Assembly: GCF_000002075.1 (NCBI RefSeq)
Contig: NW_004797285.1
Coordinates: 2,618,134 to 2,682,133, forward strand
From: Aplysia californica
Lineage: Eukaryota
Direction of reading: 5' to 3'
Length of the DNA stretch: 64,000 nt
The notes under the pieces were generated by a model that saw only the letters and a list, made by a program, of their open reading frames with translations, was not told the origin of the DNA and did no database searches. Position 1 is the stretch's first letter. Every line of letters begins with the position of its first letter. The position numbers and the translations under genes are program-made. Shown one piece after another: positions 1-13,000 of the stretch.

Positions 1-94
1 GCGCGCCCTAGCTCTAGAGGCTAGGACCCTAGGCTAGGAGGTGGTCTGCTAATTATAATGTTCAAAGAGGCCGATCTCTTTAGATACAGCCTAT

Positions 95-205
95 CTCTAG
101 AACTAGATCTATATTCTAGACTCTAGTTCAGTCAGTAGATATCTAGATCAAGATTAGATCTAGAATTTCTAGATCTAGAATCTAGATCTAGATCTAATCT
201 AGATC
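95..205. repeat. Degenerate palindromic (TCTAGA/AGATCT)n repeat
   Basis: Direct reading; similar tract at 1192-1412. Confidence 0.8.
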
Positions 206-286
206 AAATCAGGCAGCTCAGCATCAACACAACAGTCAACAGTCAACAGGACAACAGCCACACACACAGTGAGTCTGTACACTTAC

Positions 287-367
287 GGTAGCAATAAACT
301 TTTCTAAAACAGAGACAGCTTCTGTTTCGGAGCAGTCGTTGAGCTTTTTAAGCTCGTTCAACTCCAT
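287..367 (-). CDS. RIC8: First coding exon of probable Ric-8/synembryn (G-alpha GEF/chaperone); gene continues off the left edge
   Basis: ATG at 367-365 gives MELNELKKLNDCSETEAVSVLEKFIAT followed by a perfect phase-0 GTAAGT donor. It resembles Ric-8 N-termini as I recall them (fly METEHLKRLEAKEADHIPAILDEFNTK; ~28-codon phase-0 first exon in vertebrates). Only 27 aa are visible. Confidence 0.55.
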
Positions 368-960
368 GACGAAAAGTGTCTTTGACACAATTAAAAACAA
401 AGATTGATTTATATTTCACGTCTTGGAGACACTAAATTTCACTTGTTTATCAGCGACATTTTGGAATCCATTATCATATGGACCTAACCAGGAGGAGGAA
501 GCCAAGTGGAGTATGGTACCGGTATTCTTACAATAAATTAGGCCCTAAATCTTCGCTCTTAGAATTTGCTGGGAATATGATAAAACATAATATCCAAACA
601 AATACTATGAGCTATAAATTCCTTTCATTGACTTGCTATGAATCCGTCAACCCTCCTATCATAATATTTTAAAATTAACAGTTTCAATACAAATTGGCAA
701 GCTATGGGCAGCTTTGTCTGTGCAGCAGCATCGAGGAAAAATCAATAAACAAATGGGAGATAACTCGCTTTCTCCGGTTATATTTCAAAAGTTTATATAA
801 TACTGAAAAAATCAAATCATATATATTTCAGTTTGACACTATTTTTTAAATTTGGATTAATCGTTGTTTATAGACTTTATTTTTTTTTACATGCAATATA
901 TATTTTTTTACATTTACTGCGATATTCGTCACCAAGGCGAATCAAACAAATATAAGCAAA
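368..960. promoter_or_regulatory. Putative bidirectional promoter and 5' UTRs between the Ric-8-like gene and DCDC1
   Basis: Divergent ATGs at 367 (-) and 961 (+), each followed by a strong donor, 593 bp apart; locally more CpG than the introns. Confidence 0.55.
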
Positions 961-1034
961 ATGGCTGACCAAGACGCCGGAGATTGGAAAACTCAAACTT
1001 TTCATATTCGGATGAGATTTGATCGCCCCCCAGG
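961..1034 (+). CDS. DCDC1: DCDC1 exon 1
   Basis: MADQDAGDWKTQTFHIRMRFDRPPG, donor GTGAGT, phase 2 fits exon 2. Confidence 0.7.
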
Positions 1035-4000
1035 GTGAGTTAAATGGATGCAAGACGATTTTGCAAACTGTAATAGATCTAGTTTTTCCCCATGGAGCAA
1101 CAAGGTGAAAACGAGATATGCAAATTGTGTTTTGAAATGCTTAGCAGCTTGCAGAGCAAGTACACAACATTCAATTCATAGACTACTACTAATCTAGATT
1201 ATATCTATCTAGATTCTAGATCTAGATCTAGATCTAAAGTCTAGTACGAGTACAGTACACTTCGAGTCGGAGGAAATTAATTATAGATCTAGATTCTAGA
1301 TCTAGAATCTAGATCTAGATGGAGAAGAAGGGTGGCGAGTACATAGGAGTGTGGAGGCGTCGATCTGTCTGAACGATGAGATAGATCTATATATTATTAT
1401 ATATAGATCTAGTGAATATTATATAGGAAGAGGCTAGCCGTACTTAATGGTCTTGCCCAGTGATAGAACCGCCCTTGGCAAATGATGGACTTAAATTACC
1501 CTTTCCCACTTTCTGTTTGAAAAAGAAGAAGAAGAGTAATGACTTTCTCTGGAAGTTAAAGCATCTCGTTCATTCTTTTTTAACAACTGGAGCAAATTTT
1601 GAGTAAAGACTTTCTCTGGAAGTTAAAGCATCTCGTTCATTCTTTTTTAACAACTGGAGCAAATTTTTAGTACATATATTTGTGTGAATTTGTGTATGAG
1701 GCCTGGACTATAATATACTACTATATCTGATTGTAGTAATAAAGAAATACATTTGTGAGGCAGCGTGGTGGAATCAGGCTCTCGTCAAAATAATAAAATT
1801 GAAGAAGACGGCAGTTTTCTCCCTGTTTAGCAATTTTTATCAAATTTTTGTTTTTTGACTCAAGACATTTTATGTCCATTTACAAACACATTCCTTTGAG
1901 GATTTCACCGAAAACGTTGATTAAAGGAACAAAAATATAAATTTACAGTTTCCATGGACTCTCCAGCTTTGGAATTTACCAAGCTTTGGTGGACATTTTC
2001 TCGCTAATTTTACCTCTTTAACCAGGTTACCCCCCCCTCCTTCAATCCAAAATATCTCCACTTCTATTGAAGATGGATGGGTAACTTTTTTCATTGGAAG
2101 CAAGACAAATGAACAAGCTTTAAGATAATACCAATAACTCAATATGCCCAAAAATTGACGAGAGCCTGATTCCACCATGCTGCTTCACATTTGTGTACAC
2201 ATGAGGCAACATGGTGAAATCAGGGGCTCGTCAAAATAATGAAATCTGAGAAACGGGCATTTTTCTTCAAGTTTGAACATTTTTATTGAATTTTAATTTT
2301 TTGGCTAAAAAAACCCTGATCTTTAATGTCCGTATAAAAACACATTTCCATGTGAATTTTATTGAAAAACATTGATTAAAGGCACAAAATATGTCATTTT
2401 CCAGTTTTCAAAGACTCTTTAGCTATTGGAGTTACCAAACTTTGGCAGCCATTTTCTCACATTTTTCACCACTGAAACCAGGCGACCTCACTTCCTTGAA
2501 TCACAAATACCATGAGTTCTATCCAAGATAAATGGATATTTATTTCACCGGAAACATTAAGGGCCTCCTTCTCGATGACTACATAGTTTCTGCATCTGTC
2601 ACGTATGTGTCACTTTCAGGTTTTGTATCAAAAGAGGGCTCTTGCATGATGGGAAAACCCCCTCCAGAGTTAATAGAGTTAAAATATTACTGACTGGTCA
2701 GCTGTTGTTACTTGAACATAAACCAATGTTTAACACTAACCTTCTGTCTGCCTGCGCCTACTGCAAGGCTTAGCCAAACCTGTTTCTCTCTGGGTGGGGA
2801 TCCTTTCCTCAGCGATGGGGCCCCGATGCGTTGGAATCTCACACGTTACACAGAAACAAACAGAGCTCTAACTAACCTTTTCTCCACCCGAACTCTCAGC
2901 AGGCCTCCTCTGCCTTGCTACAGCTCTCCCCTCTAAAGTCTAACCTGTAGTAACCCAGACTGCTTTTATAAACTTGCAAACAATACAACTGAACTGAGAC
3001 TCACACTTTACTCACTCTCAGGCTTTCAGCCAAATAATACAATAGGCTAGGCCTAACCCCCTGCTGCCACAACCAAAAGCAACCAAATAAACCACATCAG
3101 CTAGGGTAAACAGTGGGAGGGATCAGAAACCTTGCCTATGTGCTCATCAGCAATTGGTTTATTCATAGGACAGGCTAACAATAATGATAGGTAAATGGAT
3201 ATTCCGGCTCATCCACAGTATCAGGGGCTGAGAAATAATTTATGGTAATGTGTTCGGCATTGAGAGAATTCTGTGGCCAACTTGGACAAAGTTTTTTTTT
3301 TGGCTATTGGTTGACAAAATGTTAGTTGTGGTGGCGTTGGACAGGTATCGTTTTAGGCAGTGCCGCTATACAGAAAAAATCCAAAGGGGAAATGGAGTAG
3401 CTGTTTTTTGACAAGCTGTCATTAGCTGGTGTGCTTGGGTTGGCAAAGGCAGGCCAAAAATAGGAAAAGGACTTATCCTTGCATCATTCTCCATGTCTTT
3501 TCATTAAATTATTATATCTGTTCAGTCTTTTTAAGTGTCTGTCCATGTGTGTATCATTTTGTCTTCATTTTATATCTTCCTTTATTCTTATATCTTAAGA
3601 AGTTTGATATGAAACTTATGATTTTAGTTGCTTTAGTTTTCTGTAATGATAATATATGTTGCCTTTAAATTTTTCTTTTTTAAGACGCCCGGTATGCAAC
3701 ATTTGATTTTAATTTTTTCTTTTCTTTTTTTTTTTACTGAGATGATAATGTATTTTTCCTTTAGATAGATCTATATTTATTAAATATTTTTTCAAATCAA
3801 CACTTTTTCAGGTCGGGAAGAAGATCAGATAGAAAATCAGAACGGCCAAGGTTGCCAGTGACCTCACCATTTTTCAACAAAGCAAAATCTGATATGGTCA
3901 GCTATGAAGATTTGCTAGTGGCACAATACTTGGATGAACTGAAAAGGCAGAACGCTGATCATCCAAGAGAAAAGCAACAGTATGTATTGTCCTGTTTCTA

Positions 4001-7000
4001 TTTCAGTCATAATTCTTTAAGACTAAAATAATATTTTAGGTATGATTGAGTAATCTCACGAGCCATAACTCTTTAAGACTCAGATTTTTTAGATTAGACT
4101 GAGTATTCTGGTTATGGAATAATGTACATTACATAACATCTATGTTATAACTGTTACATAACGTATCAGGATTTAGACAGTACCTTTCTTTAACTCAGTA
4201 GTCACTTTTCGGTTACAGTGTACTAGAGGCCAAAAATAAAACAAAGAGCCCTTTCAAGCGTGCATTTCTTCACTCTCCCTCAATCTATTTGTACCCACAA
4301 ACCGAACAATATTATATGGTGGCAGCGGTTGACAACGGTATATAAGTGTCATTTCTTTACTTTTTTAATAATGGCTGAACACGACACGGATGTTAACGTT
4401 CATCAGGCCGGTAAAACAACAGTTCATCACCGCATGTCTCTTCCCCCGCCGAAGCTCTTTGATGGGAAGGCAGAGTCGTGGCCTCGTTGGACACAATGTT
4501 TCAACAGGTTTCGTTTGTGCACGGTTCTGCCAAACAAGTTACAGTCAGAGCAGGTCAGTACTCTGCTGTACACTATGGGGGAGGTAGCCGACGACATCCT
4601 CACGACTTTGTCAGTGGAGGAAAGCACCGCTACATACACAGAAGTGGTAGAGGCGTTTGACACTCACTTTGATGCATGCAAGAATATAATTTTGGTCATG
4701 CAAAATTCAACAAACGCACTCGGTTACCGGGAGAGAGTGTCGATATATATTTATCGAAGACTTGCACTGACTTGCAGATGACTGGATCCCTCAAAGATGA
4801 GCTCATAAGAGACAGAATGTTGTCGGAGTAAGGGATGATGATCTGTCCAAACAGGTCTGATTGAAGCTCAAACTCACCCTCTGTGAGGCTATACAAATAA
4901 GCCGACAAGCTGAAGCTCATGATAAAAGCCTGACACTCGTATGCCCTTGAGTTGAGCTAGTCACAACAAAACCACAAAACATGCGTAGTGTGTCGAGTGC
5001 TTCAAGGCCTCAGCACAAACCACACACTCCACACACAGGTTCCAAGAGACCTTGTGGATACTGTGGTCGCCTCCCTAGCCACAAATGAGATGCCTGCCCT
5101 TCCAAGTCAGCAGTCTATGGTTCCTGTGGCAAGAGAGGCCACTATAAAGCAGTTTGCCATAGTCACCCCAAAGTTCAGGAAGTCACAGCCAACTCCATCA
5201 CGTAGCTGAGGCCCCAGACTTTTTAGGTTCCATCACTGCAAATGAAATCGACAGCCCAGATGAGTGGTCTGCAATCATCAAGTTGAATTCCGTCCCAACG
5301 AAGTTCAAGCTTGATACTGGTGCTGCGGTCTCTGTCTTTGGAGACAGAAATGTGGACACTAGTGAACCTCTCAATAGCTGCAGCAAAATTCTAAAAGGCT
5401 CTGGTGACACAACTTTGTCTATTCTTGGCACCTTTGAGGCTGATCTAAAGTTCAAAGAAAGGGCAATGAAAGAGACAATATTTGTTGTAAAAGACCAATC
5501 ACCTGCCCTACTCAGCAGGTCAGCTTGTGGGTCTCATTGCCAGGCTCAATGCTGTCGACGAGACATTTCCTAATTTCAAAAGGAAGTTCCCAGATGTCTT
5601 CAAAGGACTAGGATTACTGAATAACCCATACACGATCAAACTACAAGAAGGCGCTGATCCTGTTGGCTTGTACACAGCACGAAAAGTTGCACACCCCCTA
5701 CTGCCAAAAATCAAGACCAAAATTGACCGCATGATGATTTCACCCGTAATGGAGCCCACAGAATGGTGTTTCGGCATGGTTGTTGTGCCAAAGAAACGGT
5801 TCAGTTAGAATATGCCTGGACCTCACCAGTCTAAACAAGGCAGTGTGGCAAGAAGTCCAGCCTCTGGCATCCGTAGATGAACAGCTTGCCAAGCTTGCAG
5901 GGTCTACAGTATTCACCAAAATGGATGGGAAGAGCGGATTTTGGCAAATCCCTCTCAATCCAGACTCTAGAAGGTACACTACCTTCATAACACTGTTTGG
6001 GAGATTCTGCTTTAACCGTATTCCTTTCAGCATATATCTTCAGCCCATGAAATCTTCAAAAGGAAAATATGTAACATGATGGACGGCTTTCCAGGTGTCA
6101 TTTGTCACATAGATGACATTCTCATACATGGACCTGATCAGGACACTCACGTAAGCAATTCAGACAAGTCCTGAAGCGTCTCCAAAGAGCTAAGATTACT
6201 CTAAACGACAGGAGTGAATTTTCACAGCCATCCTTCAAGTTTCTTGGGCAAATCGTGAACAACTCAGGCCTCAAGGTAGATCCTGCTAAAGTGGAACCCA
6301 TTTGAAAGTTCCCTCAGCCCAAGAACCTCACTGAACTACAATGCTTTTTGGGTATGGTGAACCAGATGGCAAAATTCTCTCTTAATTTGGCTACTGCAAC
6401 TGAACCTTTGCGAGCATTGCTAAAAAAAAGACTCATTGTGGACCTGGGGAAAACATCAAGAGGCATCTTTTCAATGCACCAATGATAGCTTCACCACAAC
6501 ACCTATACTGGCACACTACTCGCTTGACCGGGAGACTATCCTTGCTGCAGATGCTTCCTTGTCTGGCTTCGGGGAGGGGGGGGGTACTTCTTCAAATCTT
6601 CAAATACAAGATGATAGTTCTTGCAGACCTGTCGGCTATATCTCTCGAGCTCTTACAGATGCAGAAAAGAACTATGCAGAAATCGAGAAGGAGGCCGCTG
6701 CAGCAACATGGGCATCAGAACGCTTCAGTGAGTACATCCTTGGTTAACAGTATACACTGCAGACTGATCACAAACCCATGGTCTCTCTCCTCTCTATCAA
6801 GGAACTCCACATAATGCGCTTTTCACCAAATGTGCTGCACGTTTCATGAAAGCATCAGATCACTGCGAACGCACTTTCTCGTGCTCCAACAAATCTGCCA
6901 TCAGATGCAGAATCTCTCTTCGTTGACGAAGTAGCAGACTTCACACAACAGGCTACTGACTGCCTCCCTGCTTTACCACAGAGACTTCAAAATATCGTCT

Positions 7001-10000
7001 CACAGCAGAGGAACGACCCAAAATCGTCGGAAGTCCCGAAACACTGTACATGTACCAAAGGCTGGCCAAAATACATGCCTGAAATCCACTTCTGAAACAG
7101 TATTGGACTAATCGTCACCATTTCAGCATTTTAGGATGATATCCTTTTGTTTGATGATCAACTTGTCATTCCACTAGATTTGAGAATGGACATTCTCAGT
7201 CGACTCAACGAAAGCCATCTTGGCATCACAAAATGCCGAGCTCTAGCTCAAACTTCAGTCTGGTGGTCCCACATCACCAGTCAGATGGAGGACATGGTGA
7301 AGAAATGCAACTCTTGTACAAAACTTCGTCCTGTCCTGAAGGAACCTCTGCTCCCTGCCTCGTTACCAGACCGACCTTGGTCTCGATGGACCATGGATCT
7401 GTTTGATCTTTGACCTGAAAGGTCAGATCTACATTGTCGTGGTCGACTATTACTCTCATTGGGTAGAGCTACGCTTACTTGAAAAGCTCAACAGCATATT
7501 CATTATCAATAAAGTTGTCCATCTTTGTCACTCATAGCATCCCAGAGGCAGTCATGTCCGACAATGGCCCTCAATTTTCAAACGCCAACTTCCAAGCTTT
7601 TGCAAAAGAGTTTGGCTTCATTCATGTCACCAGCTCTCCAAGATATCCTCAAAGCAATGGTGAGGCAGACAGAACAGTGCAAACAGTGAAGTTTCTCCTC
7701 AAGAAAACCAAAGATCCATACTCTGCCCTCCTGCTATACTGGGCTACTCCTTTACAAAACTGGTATGCCCCAAGTGAGCTCCTCATGGGAAGGAAACTCC
7801 AAACCGAAGTCCCCATTATGCAGGACAACTTACATCCAAGTTCTGTTGATCTACCCTCTAATCGTCAAAGGTCAAAGTGAGGAAAAGAGGAAAGAGATCA
7901 TGTGGCTACAGTACAACAGAGACAGGGTGTCAAATCTCTTCCTGAACTTTGCCCCGCTTATTATGTCCATATTCGAGAAATAGGCCAACCGGGCATCGTA
8001 AACAACAGACACCCCAATCCGTGCTCCAACACAGTGACCCTTGAAAAAGGGAGCACCGTCCGCCGCAACAGAAATCATCTCGTGGCTACTCGAGAGCCTA
8101 CTACAACATCCACACCAGAGCCCAGGGACAACACACGGTCTTCGATATGGTAACCTGATGCCCCAAGCCCTGCTCGGGAGTCGGCGCAAATGCTAGCGGC
8201 CCCAGCAGAGGCACCACGTGTCAGTCGATACGGCAGAGAAGTCAGAGTACCAACGAGAATAGACCTGTGACCCAATGACTGTGTGACCTATATTTAGCTC
8301 TGTGTTCTAAATTCAAATCAAAGTCTTAAGACTCTTTAATTACAGGTTGTGAACAAGTGAAACTTATAAAGATCTATTAAAAATAGATTATCAACCATTG
8401 GGACAATAACTTCGGGGAAGATATGGAAAAATGTACATTACATAACACCTATGTTATAACTGTTACGGGGGTGGGGGTGGGGGGAGGGGGGGGGGCACCA
8501 TGGGTCTGGGCGTGGAATGTCGCTGGTACAAATGCGTCACAGTCTTTTTTCCCTCCAGCAACTGATCATCTTTATTACAATACAATGATAAGCTGGTCTT
8601 GACGTAGATCTACGTAATGAATTGTGCGCTATCTTGAATTGTGCGCTATCTCACTATCTTGAATTGTGCGCTGGTCTAGGGAGTCAAAAGTTGCCGTTTG
8701 TAAGGCTACACAGCAACATAACTTCTTGGCAAACAACCAAGATGACACCAGCGTGTATTTGAACAAGTCTGTCTTTTTTTTTGCACAGCTCATTATATGC
8801 AGGCCTTTCAGGCACCACTTGTTACTACACTTTATACATTACTTTCTCAGTGCTTGTAATTATCTACACGAAACCTCATGTTTGCTATAACGAACTCTCA
8901 GATTCAACGAGATTTTAGGTCAGGCCCAGCGACCCCGTTGAATCCGAGTTCCACTGTAATTTTTCTTTTCTGGACAATTTGATAAAACTCAATTTTATTT
9001 TAAACATTTGCTTTATTTTGGCTGTAAAGTTGGCAGAAGGAAAGTCTTTTATCATATCAGGCCCATATATATAAATAACACACATTCAGTGTCAGTGTGT
9101 TTGAGATATCGGAAGCCTTTTAGAGGTCCTAGTATTGTGGCAGTATCGCTTACTTATTTATTTTCTATGTTTTCAGTGGTCAGCCATCCCCATATCTGCA
9201 GCGACTACCGCATGGTGTTCGCCACACACGTTTTAAGAGGCGTCCAATGTCAGCTTCAGTGGGCTTTAGACAGTCAGCTGGCAAACCTAAAATTGATGCT
9301 AAATTTATTGCTGATGCAAATCTATGGGACCCTACCAGTCCTCGAGACTTGAGACGCAACCGCCCAGCAAGTGCTCCAGTCAGACGCGTGAGGTAAGATC
9401 TGTGGAAAATGAGAAAGATAAAGAGCCAAACGAACAGATGGAAGACATACAGAAAGACAGACAGACAGAAAGAAAGAAAGGGAGGTNNNNNNNNNNNNNN
9501 NNNNNNNNNNNNNNNNNNNNNNNNNNNNNNNNNNNNNNNNNNNNNNNNNNNNNNNNNNNNNNNNNNNNNNNNNNNNNNNNNNNNNNNNNNNNNNNNNNNN
9601 NNNNNNNNNNNNNNNNNNNNNNNNNNNNNNNNNNNNNNNNNNNNNNNNNNNNNNNNNNNNNNNNNNNNNNNNNNNNNNNNNNNNNNNNNNNNNNNNNGGT
9701 GCCCGTTTTTGTTGGTTACGTAAAAAGAAAGTAATGGTGCAGATTGTTATATGAAAGGGGAATTGTTGAGTCGGTAATGATGATGGTGATGATGATGATG
9801 ATGATGATGGTGTTGTTGGCGATGGTGACGGTAATGGTAATTGTGATGGTGAGCATGAGGATGATTATTTATGTTGGCGATGATGATGTTCTGATGTAGG
9901 AGATGACGTGCGTATTAGTCTTAGTGTTAACTCATTCGCTACGTATTATTTTCGGCTTGTGGACGAATTCTTTTCGGGAGGGCGAAATGAGATGATGACT

Positions 10001-13000
10001 AGTGCGCAGTTCACAGGTCTTTGGGGCCATAAATTCAAATAAATATCAACATATTATGTACCAACATTTTCAGTATGGTTTGTAGAATACACCTGCATTA
10101 TTTATTTGCGTATTTTTCAACTTTGGTTCCTGTAAGAGGCGATTATGCAACACAATTGTGATTGGATGCGGATAAAATTGGAAAATAAAAAATTTATAAT
10201 CTCAGGTGAAACTAAAAAAACATGTTTGCACCTAGTCAAATGATACCTCAAAATAACCATAACTGTATATAGAACAGGAAAATATTGAAAAATGTGCAGT
10301 TATTTTCATACATTCCATAATATTTGTACATTTGGATCATAACATCCGATATTGAAAAAAAAAAATTTTTTAAAATAATTTAGAAAAAAGGATCACAAAC
10401 AGAAAAAAATACGCGTAATTTATATGGAATTATTCAGAATTGCACTTGGAATAAACCTATACATGTCTTGAGTGGTACTTTTTGATTAATTTCAACCAAA
10501 AGTAGTGATTTTGGGGAGAAAAAAATATTTTGACTATTTAGATCTAGGCCTAGATCTAGCACTCAAAAATATTGATTTCTCAATTACAGTGCACTGGCAA
10601 TTTGCGTCCAATAGTATCAATATTATAAAGAAGAGTCCTACACTTCTTTAGTGAGCAAAATAATTATACATTTTGTTGTGTAAAATTACTAAGACTGGTG
10701 TCTGGGCTATAATTTGGGCTTCGCGATAAAACAAAGTCGAAAAAACTACGAAATCATGTTTCAAAACTGAATCAAAACTTCCGATTTTCGGTGGAAACGC
10801 TTGACCCGGAAGTCAACATTATATTATGAACTTTATTTTAACATGGATAAGTGGATTGGAATAGAAACCAAGCTAAAATTGAACGTCGGTTCTCGAGCCA
10901 CAGGGGGCGGCTTAACGTACTGACGGCACTTGAGCCGCGCCGCCCCCCCACGGCTCGGCGTAGCGAATGAGTTAAGTTTGTTTGGTGGTTACTCTAGATC
11001 CCCGCCAGGCTGTCCTGGGGGGCAGGACACAACCCTCATTCCCAACTCCTCGCATAGAGTGACCAAAAATTTGGAAATAATTCGTCATCTTCATCCCTAG
11101 CATTTAATAAAAGTAGGCCGAAGAATCACAGGGGGGCCGTTGTTAGTGTATTTGTTACCCTACATCTATGCTATCATATTTTCAAAACAGTGAAAGGAAT
11201 GTGGCCAATAATCTTCATAAAAATTAACTTTCAAAGGCAATGCAGACTAACTTGTGTGCTTACAAGTTATCATTATCGTCGTTCGCAACCAGTCCCGAGG
11301 TACTTCTGTCTTATTGTTATTGTTCAGAACTGAGAAGAATTTTAACAAAAGACCTCATTCAGACTGAACCAAGAACAAATTTTACATACGATTTGTATTT
11401 CTACATTTTATATGCAAATATCATTTTCATTTATTTATTTGCTTTTTGTTCTCAATTTCATTAGTTTAGAATAAAACACGAATGAGTTTTGGAAACCCAT
11501 TCTTTTAGTTCTTGTGGATGTAAAGCTTTCACTGTTTTAACCAGAAATTTTGTGGCCTGTGTTCTATGTCCAAAGTATTTATCTCTTTTTATTCAATCTT
11601 GTATTCTCACAGGCCATTATCGGGAGTATCTCAAAGGTCAAGACCACCTTCAGGTGAGGAAATATTTAAAGCAAGATTTAATCATAGAAACAATTATGGA
11701 AGCGTGGGGTGCTTTGTTTTTTCTATTGACATCTTCTAGATGGACGTGGTTTTTATTGTTTAACTGAAATGAATATTTCATGATTAATGGGGATTTTTTC
11801 ATTTCTTCGTAATTGTAGATTGGCCTTTTAGTGATTTACATATTTCTGGAGAATGTGTTGTCAGTTTTCAGACAAAAAGTCTGTCACTTGTGACTGGCTT
11901 GTTCTAGAAACTTGCTCTATTGTAAAGCTACCATTAATGAAATATGATGGCAGTCACAGATGCAAGAGTAAGACTACCCTGAGAGGAAAAGGCGATACAA
12001 ATTGTTCAACATTTTGTCAACTCCTTTGTTGGTGGATGTTGCTTTATATGATGTTGGAGTAACTTCTTTTCTCCACTTCAAAAGACTTTCATTTCTTTTC
12101 TCTACTTCAAAAGACTTTCAGTACTCTGATCTGTTTATCAATGATCGGGTATAACAAAAATTTTGACTCTTGTTATCTCACTATCTTCAGAGTGACCTCT
12201 CTATGTCTAGTAAGGGAGTAGACTCAGACTTAATCATGGGAGTGTGTCTACAATTTTCTGGCCTGAGTTTGATTCTTTGTGAAGATGTGTGGAATAGAAC
12301 ATCAGTCATTTGTAAAGCAAATACCTCTGACAGCTTTTATTGTGAAACTGTTGGGAAAAAAAGCATACTCAAGGATAAGAACTGACTATCCTGATTTTGA
12401 TATATTGGTGTCCACTATTTTATTTCAGGACGTAGATCTGTGTTCAAGCAGCTGCCACATCTAGTGAAAGCTTATGCCTATATCAACGGTTGCCGAGAGA
12501 AGTTTGCTTATCTGGCAGCCCCCAACATCAAAATCGTAAGCAGATTTGTCTGGCAGAATTCTTTTTATTTTATGATATCAAAGTCATATATATTGTCAGT
12601 CATGTCTAAAGATTTTTTGTAATATGTGCATACATGCATACATTAATGCTGAAGACAAAATGTGACAAAGAGAAAAAAATAATCACCATATAAACTGTAG
12701 ATGATGAATAACATATGTATTAACTTAGGACATTTATTCGTCATAGATAAAATTAATGTAGTTTTACGTTGGATCAGCCATTAGTCATTTAGAACTTTTG
12801 TTCCTGTGGTCAGCAAGATATTGAACGTAGTTTCCACTCACCTTGGTAACATGCTTTTTTCAGTATACTTAGGTGAATCAAAACAGGTCTTACCAAACAT
12901 GATAAACTTCTTGTTATTACCAACATTTTGCTCTTTAATTTTGTGTTTGTTTGTTTGTTTGTTTTGACTTTTATTTGTTTTTAGTACAAGTTAAATACAC

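Noticed and set aside
1541-1672. Direct repeats as a CRISPR-like array
   Set aside because: Simple two-unit tandem duplication without spacers, in eukaryotic DNA
2703-3216. Possible solo LTR (TG...CA, - strand TATA)
   Set aside because: No TSD and no second copy in the window
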